Assembly: GCA_951406725.2 (NCBI GenBank)
Contig: OX597815.1
Location: 64,852,001-64,916,000, forward strand
Length of the DNA stretch: 64,000 bases
Source of the DNA: Octopus vulgaris
Taxonomy: Eukaryota
Reading direction: 5' to 3'
In this document: piece by piece, positions 55,669-64,000 of the stretch
Numbering within the stretch: position 1 is the stretch's first letter
Layout of the letters: each line of letters starts with the position of its first letter
Position numbers and translations under genes: made by a program
Notes under the pieces: model-generated
Seen by the model: only the letters and a program-made list of their open reading frames with translations
Told to the model about the DNA's origin: nothing
Database searches by the model: none

Positions 55669-56222
55669 TATATACATATATATATACATATATATATATA
55701 TATATTCTGTTGAAGAGCGTAGGCTCGAAACGTTAAAGACTTGTTTTATTTATATTTCCTGAGCGCCATACTAATACAATTGTTTGTTTGTTTTCCTCCC
55801 GCCTTCGTCTTTTGTCTATTTTAATAAAGCTTCCCGTTATATATATATATATATATATATATAACGAGCAAAATGCCCCCCCCCCGTCCGTCCAATGGTC
55901 GGTGCTGAGTTGCCAAACATTTAAACCAAATTTTCTCAAAATAACTTGTCCGACCGTCCCATAGGCCTCCCCTTTGAGAAACACTGATTTAACCTAAATT
56001 TAAGACACCAGCAAAAGACGGATTTCGACTGATGTACTTGCGCGTACAAATACACGTTCCCACGGCTTTATCGATTGCATTCTCACCTGGAATAGATTTT
56101 TGTAATTTTTTCAAGGCTTATACACGCCCTGATACCGTGGGTATCTACATATCAAATTTGAGCGCAATAGGATGGAGGATGCCCGAGATCCTAGAAGACA
56201 CACACATAGACAGACAGAACGG

Positions 56223-56293
<71 letters not shown>

Positions 56294-56517
56294 AATATAT
56301 GCATATATACCTACATATATGCACATACCTACATATATATGTATATATACATGCATATATGGGTACAGGACATCAAAAAAACGTTGAACATAATGAGAAA
56401 TGAAAACATAAAAAACAAAACCATAGAAACGAACTTTTTTTCGAACAACGAAAAAAACAACCAGGAAACGAGACATACAACATCTGTTTGATTTGCCTAA
56501 TAGTGGTTTTATCTCTA

Positions 56518-56582
<65 letters not shown>

Positions 56583-56599
56583 AGATACACACACACGCA

Positions 56600-57600
56600 C
56601 AAGTGTTTCTCATACTTTTAGTTTTAATTAATAGTTCAAACAAATTTCATACGAAGAGTGATTCTTCATCAAAATATATCCCAGCGTATTCTATTGTCTG
56701 TTGCCGTCTTTGTGTCAAGAGCTCAGTTCGATGTTCATACCATTTGGCTGGTTTAGAGGCAAGAACTTCCCTGCACCTGTTTTCAACTTCATCCACAGTT
56801 GAACTTCCTTTCTTGCAGGAAATGAGCCATGACTTAGCAATCTGATGGTGCAAAGTCTGGACCGTAGGGAGGTTGAGGCAGCACTTTCACCCTCTCAAGT
56901 TCCTCAAGTTTTCACTTGGTCATATTGGTAGTGTGTGCTGGAGAAATTGTCATGCTGTAGGAGTGCACGTCTTCCACTGAACAACGCATCTTATACTCGC
57001 TACAGTTGTTGAGTATCGTCTGAGACAAACTCGAAATGTAACACTTCTTCAAAATCCTCCAAACACACAACATGACCTTCTGTTCAAACTGACTTCGTTC
57101 GACAGCAGCCTGGCCGGGACGAAACCACTGATTTCTTTTATTAGGATTACGAAAATAGATCCATTTTCTATCCAATTACGATTTGATGCTAAAAACGGGC
57201 ATTAGTTGTTTGAGAATGTTCGCAAGTCGTTGAGCCTAGTCATTGGTCAGTTCGTGAGAGTCTTCTTGACAGCGTCTATTCACAGAACCGAGCTTATGGA
57301 GATATCGATCGATAGTGATTTGTGAAGGACAAAGTTCTGCCGGCAGTACTTGTGCTTGGCTGTTATTCAATTATTTCAAGCAAGTTCTCATCTTCCACAA
57401 CACCAATTCTCCCTGACCAATGAAGAGACCAGACTTCAAGGCTAGTGTCATCTTCCTTGAAACATCATAACATGACCTTCCGTTCAAAAGATTCTTGTTT
57501 AACAACAGGTTCTGAATCCTGGCCGGGACGACACCACTGATTTCTCTTATTAGGGTTATGAAAATAGATCTACATTTCATTCCCAGGCACAGTTCCACGC
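56600..57600 (-). mobile_element. Mariner remnant with an internal partial duplication
   Basis: KWIYFRNP..QWFRPG..KVMLCVW and a C-terminal IEYAGIYFDE; 57070-57170 is repeated at about 57470-57575. Confidence 0.8.
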
Positions 57601-57679
57601 CAAAATAAAATAAAAATTTTGTATATTCATCGGGGTATTATAAAAACAATACAATTACGAAAATATTCAAGGAATGAAT

Positions 57680-58075
57680 GGGCGCAGGAGCGACTATGTG
57701 GTAAGTAGCTTGCTAACCATCCACATGGTTCCGGGTTCAGTCCCACTGCGTGGCATCTTGGGCAAGTGTCTTCTGCTATAGCCCCGGGCCGACCAATGCC
57801 TTGTGAGTGGATTTGGTAGACGGAAACTGAAAGAAGCCTGTCGTATATATGTATATATGTGTGTGTGTGTCTGTGTTTGTCCCCCTAGCATTGCTTGACA
57901 ACCGATGCTGGTGTGTTTACGTCCCCGTCACTTAGCGGTTCGGCAAATGAGACCGATAGAATAAGTACTGGGCTTACAAAAAATAAGTCCCGGGGTCGAT
58001 TTGCTCGACTAAAGGCGGTGCTCCAGCATGGCCGCAGTCAAATGACTGAAACAAGTAAAAGAGTAAAAGAGAGAG
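57680..58075 (+). mobile_element. Full-length tRNA-derived SINE (abundant family); other copies near 9460-9612, 19225-19480, 21870-22285, 37495-37900, 58680-58900, 63535-63995
   Basis: A/B boxes (tgtggtaag, ggttcagtcc), core ttgggcaagtgtcttct...gagtggatttggtagacggaaactgaaag, internal (TG)n, and tail aaatgactgaaacaagtaaaaga. Confidence 0.85.
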
Positions 58076-58198
58076 TAATGAAAAATATCACATAATGTAA
58101 ATGATAATTTACAAAAATATAAGAATTTAAGATACAGAAGAATATAAAAAGAATATAAACAACAAAAATTAAAATATATAAATATATATATATATGTA

Positions 58199-58490
58199 TA
58201 CTAGCAGCTAAGCCCAGTTTCAATCGGTCGGTTTGGATGATGTGGCTGTAAAACCTGCTCTGTGTAAGCATTCGACTTGTTTGGGCATGCTTACGTTAAA
58301 AGTCAATTTTAGAATGACTTTTTTCTGTCAAAATGTTAAAAATAACTGACCAAAAAAAAAAACCAAGATTCAAACAAATGAAAAAATAAACCCAAATATT
58401 AAGCGAACAACGATGGACCATCCCACTTCCATTGTGCGAGCACACACACAAACACACACATTCACAAACACCCCCTTTTACATACATATA
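58199..58490 (+). mobile_element. Possible non-autonomous Helitron/Helentron-like element (similar one at 55860-56230)
   Basis: Starts tactagcagctaagccc and ends with a short CA repeat plus cccttttac, in a TA-rich site. Confidence 0.35.
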
Positions 58491-59736
58491 TATTCACACA
58501 GAGTTGAAACGCTGTTTGATTTATTTTTTCAGCGTACAATTTTCATCATCCCACTGCTAAGTATGACATCACACCTTCCTTCCTTATTCATCTATCACCC
58601 CTTCCTTTCTCATTCATAAACACAAGAGTATTATTATAGCCCGTTGTGTATGTGTATGTGTGTGTGTGTGTGTGTGTATTTATGTGCGTATGCCTTTGTG
58701 TCTGTGTTTGTCCCACACCCACCACCACCACCACTTGAAAACCAATGTTGGTGTGCTTATGTCCCCGAAACTTAGCGGTTCGGCAAAAGAGACCCGATAG
58801 AATACTAGACTTACAAAGAATAAGTCCTGTAATCGATTTGTTCGACTAAAGGCAGTGCTCCAGCATGGCCGCAATCAAATGGCTGAAACGTGTAAAAGAG
58901 TATATAAAATATAACATATAGCGGAGTAATTAAAGGTCAGTATAGAATTGGAATAAGAGAATCCAGAATCAGTTAGGAAGTGAGAGAAGATAATATGAAT
59001 ATCCATATAAATACAAATATAAATATAGATATAAATGAGGGAGGGAAATGTGTCCAGAATGAGGTTATACATTACATCACAGTTATAATATGCAATGTAA
59101 ACATACGGACGAAACATATAACGGTGACATAGGTAGAATAAGAGTGAGAGAATTACAGAATTAACAATAATTTCCAGGAAGATAGTTTGATATCAATAGA
59201 CATTACATAACAGGTTTGAGGAATGCGAATGCACTTCTCCCGTGATGTTATGTATTTCAATTTTCGTGTCTTATTAAGCAGGATACTCGGATAGTTTAAT
59301 ATCTCGTATAGTTCGACGTAGCACAGCATACAGCCATGCCTGTTATTTAAATATGGCGATGCATGTATAGACACACACATAACTCTAATCCTAACTACAA
59401 TCCAACCCTAATCCTAAGTTTTCTTTTTTCTTTTCATTTTTTTTATATCGTTTTAATGTCATTAACTTCATTTTTCCCCAGTGTTTACCCTAGTGTTTAT
59501 ATATATATATATAGATATATATATATATATATAGGGATGGTATTATTAAAATACCATCACGAGTGGTAAGCAATTTATCAGCCGTACAGGCAAATTAATA
59601 AAATATATACATACAATATTAGATATTTACACATATATATATACAAGGGTACTACATGAGTACCTATATCGCTAAATAATAGAAGTCAAAAAATACTTCT
59701 ATACCACCGAATAGTCACAAATCTATTATATACATA

Positions 59737-60952
59737 TTGGGCCATCCCATAAGTAATACGATTTTTTGAACTGCATGAACTAAAAGTCGGAGGGGGGGGG
59801 GCGAGACAAACTACCAGCATCAAATTGCTATAAAAGCAGGTAGTAATTTTACTTTGTACTTATTCTGAAGAGTGCAATTCGATTTTAACTGTTATTTTTT
59901 CAAAGCTATAAGGGATGTAACAAAGGAGCATATTCGGCATATTTTGCTTTATGAGTTTAATAAAAGCAACAACGAAAGGTGCGAGAAATATTAATTCAGT
60001 ATATAGGGATCGAACATTAAATGTAAGCCAGTTTGAACGGTGGTTCCAGAAATTCCGAGCCGGGAAGTACAGCCTAGTAGATGAGCTTCGTCCTGGAAGA
60101 TCTGTAAGGCTCGACGAGGATGTCCTACAAACCCTGGTAGAACAAAATCCATCGTGACTGTTTAGGAGCTAGCAGAGAAGCTTGAATTTGGTCATTCAAC
60201 CATTCATCGACATTTGCATGCCATCGTAAAAGTCAGCAAATTGGGTCAATGGGTTCCTCACAAACTTTCCCAGTCTAATTGCGCGCAGAGACTATGTGTG
60301 CTGTTCTTTGCCGTCACGTCTCACGAATGAACCTTTTTTGAGTCGAATAGTGACTGGTGATGAGAAATATGTTTTCTATAAAAATGTTAAGCGCCGACAG
60401 TGGGTAGGGAAAGGGAAAACACCGGCACCCCAAACTAAAGGTTTTCACCCACGTAAGGTGTTGTTTGGTGGATATGAAAAGTTTAGTCCACTTTGAACTT
60501 TTAAACACAAACCAAATGATAAGAAAATCTACTGCAAGAAGCTTGAGAGGCTTAAGTCAACGCTAGAAGGAAAACGACCATCTTTGGTTTCAAGACGATA
60601 GGTGTTCTTCTATCAGGTTAATGCTCGGCCAAATACAACGAGGATGACATTCCAAAGGCTGGAGCAATTTGAATGGGAAACGATGTCCCTTCCACCATAT
60701 TCGCCGGGCATTGCCCCATCTCATTCTCATTTATTCCGCAGTCTTCAAAATCCTTTGGACAGAAAAAATATGAATTCTGTAGACGAGGTGAGAACAGTAC
60801 TGGAGGAGTATTTTTCACCACGGAAAGTGAATTTTGGAAGAAGGGCCTTGCAAGAGCATTGTAGAAAATGTAGAAAATGAAGAAATTGCAGAAGAGTATA
60901 TTTATTTTGAAAAATAAAAGAAGAAAACCGCATTATTTATGGGCTGACCCAA
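59737..60952 (+). mobile_element. Near full-length mariner (Mos1/Hsmar-like) with a pseudogenised transposase
   Basis: TIRs ttgggccatcccataagtaatacg / cgcattatttatgggctgacccaa with TA target duplications; HIRHILLYEF, WVPHKL, IVTGDEKY and PPYSPGIAPS motifs broken by stops and frameshifts. Confidence 0.92.
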
Positions 60953-60961
60953 TATATATGA

Positions 60962-61014
<53 letters not shown>

Positions 61015-61097
61015 CGTGTGTAGTATAAGAACTGGATTCAGAGGAGCGTGTGGCTAATGCGTAGCATGCTTATTAATGCAAACATGTATATAATGCA

Positions 61098-61147
<50 letters not shown>

Positions 61148-64000
61148 TACACACACACACATACACACACACCTTAAATTGCACTCTAACGTCTGAAAGA
61201 AGGGAGGGCAAGATAATGTGATCGTAGATAGACTATGCTTGAAAATTTGATGGTATGGCCATGGATGTAACGCATTCCGTAACAGCCACAATAAGTATAA
61301 ATACAGTACTACTAATAAACACACATCGTCATTTATCCTATTGCAGCCTTACATATGACACTACCACCATCACCCACAAATCGCATTGTACTACTACTAC
61401 CACCACTACTACTGTTGCTGCTGCTATACCCATATAAAGAAAGCGCTAATAAGACCGAATTATATAAAATAAATTCTGATCCTTGATTAATGTTTTATCT
61501 CCTCGTTGCATGCGTAATTCTAATTTTGATGAATTCAAGTTTTGGAGTTGTCGCCCTTATGTCTTGACCTGATTTAATTAAAATTAATTATTATCTTACT
61601 GCAAAGATAATTTTTCACAAAACGTAATATATTTTCCATTACATTATGTATGTTACCCAACATTCAATTCTTGCATTTCATGTAGTTAGCGTTTCTAGGT
61701 TATTTCCGTTAAACATTAAACAATTTCTTTCAATCATGAAACGAATTAAGCATAATTTGCGCCAACGTTTTCAGACGAAGAAGGCCTCTGTTTCCCTTTC
61801 TCCTTGGTCTAAATAATTTTTATATCATTAATAACAATACCACATTTAACAGAAAACACTTCCAGAATTATCAATATTCCTAATGTAGTACCACAAGGTA
61901 CCCAGCCTATTAACCCATCCAATTTTTACCCATAAGACCTTCACACACCTCTTCAAAACACAGTATCATACACTGTTGATATAACACTCATATTATCTGA
62001 TTTTCTCAAGACAGATGCATAACTATCACCAACGAGATATCTTATTGCGAAACAACAGATTTATAGTAGTAGTACTTACACAGTACTACTGTCTCCGTTC
62101 GTGCCATCAACAGAAAAGAACATCAAAATCAACCATCATAATCATCAACAAAAGCATCTGTCTCTCTGTCTCTCTCTTCCTCTCTTTCTCCTTCTCTCCC
62201 TCTCACTCTTACACACACACACACACACACACACATACACACACACCACATAAAAACACTCAAAGACACACAAACGCACAGTTGAGAAAAATATTGTTAC
62301 ACCTCTACAACATTAACATCTCACGACATGTAGCGGATGTCCGTCGTTTGATGATGAAGATTCAATTGTTCAATTAACTGAAGTACCTGTGCCTGAATTA
62401 ACATATAAGTAGCTGAGTACTCCACAGACACATTGCGCCCTTAACATAATTCTCAGGAAGAATAATCCTGACACAATGTGTGACAACGCTGTACTTTCCA
62501 AGTGCAGTTACAGTTACAGACTTCTTTACAGTTTCCGCTTGCCCATTTTCACTCACAAAGTATGGGTTGACCCAAGGCTACAGAACATGACATTTGTCCA
62601 AGTTGTTATATGGTGGGGTCTAACTATCGTTGAGAAGGGAATTCCTTACCCAATCGGCCATATTGCACCTACACACAACATATATGCATAGTAAAGGAAA
62701 TAACTCAAGGTACAAACGTACGTAGAACAAGCCCATGTATGATATCTAGAAGAAAGAAGCTACGACAACAGTCTACAAACAATACATTAGACAGATAATC
62801 AATTTTACAGCCTGATTGGGACCACGATATTTCCACAACAAAATGACATTAAATAATAATGTACACAACGCAACAGGTTGTACACAGATCCAACACACAG
62901 ACCACCGAAACAAAGTTACTTAAATGAAAGACCCATCTGAATATGCCAGGTGGGAAGTTTGATACCGCTACATATTTCAATACCCAATGTCCCTGTCACA
63001 ACATGTAAAACCACTTCTATTCAACCAGAAATAAACGCAACACCCTAGTATTCAAAATACAGTAGTATTCAAAAGAAAATGCCTCTCAACAGTGTGTATA
63101 AATTGAGTATGATAGACTGATTGCGATTTTAATTAAATGCTGCTTCAATTGCATGCACGGAGTATTATTCAGCTCGGCAGCCATTCCGCAATATCAGTGA
63201 ATGCATTATTCACTGTTTCTTAAATATCGAGGCACGAATTTCGTTGAAGCATGTGACAAATGGGTACATGTTTTTTGACAAACCTCAAGAAGGGCGAATT
63301 ATGTCTAATATTCTTATGAGTCACAGCTGCGACGATATTCCTTTCGCTTAAGGTATATTACGGGACTGGTCGTTCAAACGTCCTCTAGGTCTACACAACA
63401 GCATTGACATTACCATAAACACACAACTACGATTAGATTATGAACCACTAACATACTCACACAAACTGCATTAATACATATATACTGTCACTAACCCTAT
63501 ATGTAATACAATGACAACTATTATCATAGGCATTAGGAGCAGGCATGTCTGTAAGTTTAAGAAACTTGCTTCGCAACCGTGGGATTTGGGGTTTAATCCC
63601 ATTGAATGGCACCTTGGACTTGTCTTCTACTATCACCTCAAGCCCCGACCAATGCTTTGTGAGTTAATTTGGTAGACAGCAATTATGTGGAAGCCAATCG
63701 AATGTATGTATGTGTGCATGTGTGTGCGCGTGTGTGTGCGTGTGTGTTTGTGTGTGTGTGCGAGTGTGTGTATGTGTGTGCGCGCACGCGCGTATTCGCG
63801 TTTGCCTTCACACCGCTGCACAACCAAAGTTGAATAATTTATGTTACATAACTTGGCGGTTCAGGATAGAGATACCATTAGAATAAGAGCCGGACTGAAA
63901 AAGGACCTAAGAACTGAGACCGATTTATTTCTCCTAAACCCTTCAAGGTGGTGTCCTAACATGGCCGTAGTTTATTGACAGAAACAAATACAGAAGAAAA

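Noticed and set aside
59380-59418. CCCTAA-like repeats suggesting an interstitial telomere
   Set aside because: Only a few degenerate units, likely internal to a dispersed repeat.

Overview
AT-rich, repeat-dense eukaryotic genomic DNA, most likely a coleoid cephalopod such as Octopus (inferred from the tRNA-derived SINE families and the very high microsatellite load; not checked by search). Almost all ORF-track entries are microsatellite or transposon noise. The real genic content is a small secretory phospholipase A2 (sPLA2) locus that only appears after splicing. On the minus strand there is a complete 4-coding-exon gene (42178-42130, 35164-35020, 32731-32607, 29748-29606; 153 aa) with a signal peptide, a KR propeptide, a YGKWCGFGG Ca2+ loop, CCxxHDxCY and Asp99. 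About 11 kb downstream sits a duplicated, intact, phase-compatible second terminal exon with its own poly(A) signal (18386-18238). The last exon of a convergent paralog lies on the plus strand (7567-7706). The rest is decayed mobile DNA: Tx1-, RTE-, CR1- and R4/Dong-like LINEs, Penelope-like remnants, mariner and hAT elements, and SINEs. Several type I hammerhead ribozyme motifs are also present, one of them inside a retrozyme-like 342-bp unit with a terminal direct repeat. Different retroelement families sit in different microsatellites (GATA, TAA, CATA, TA).
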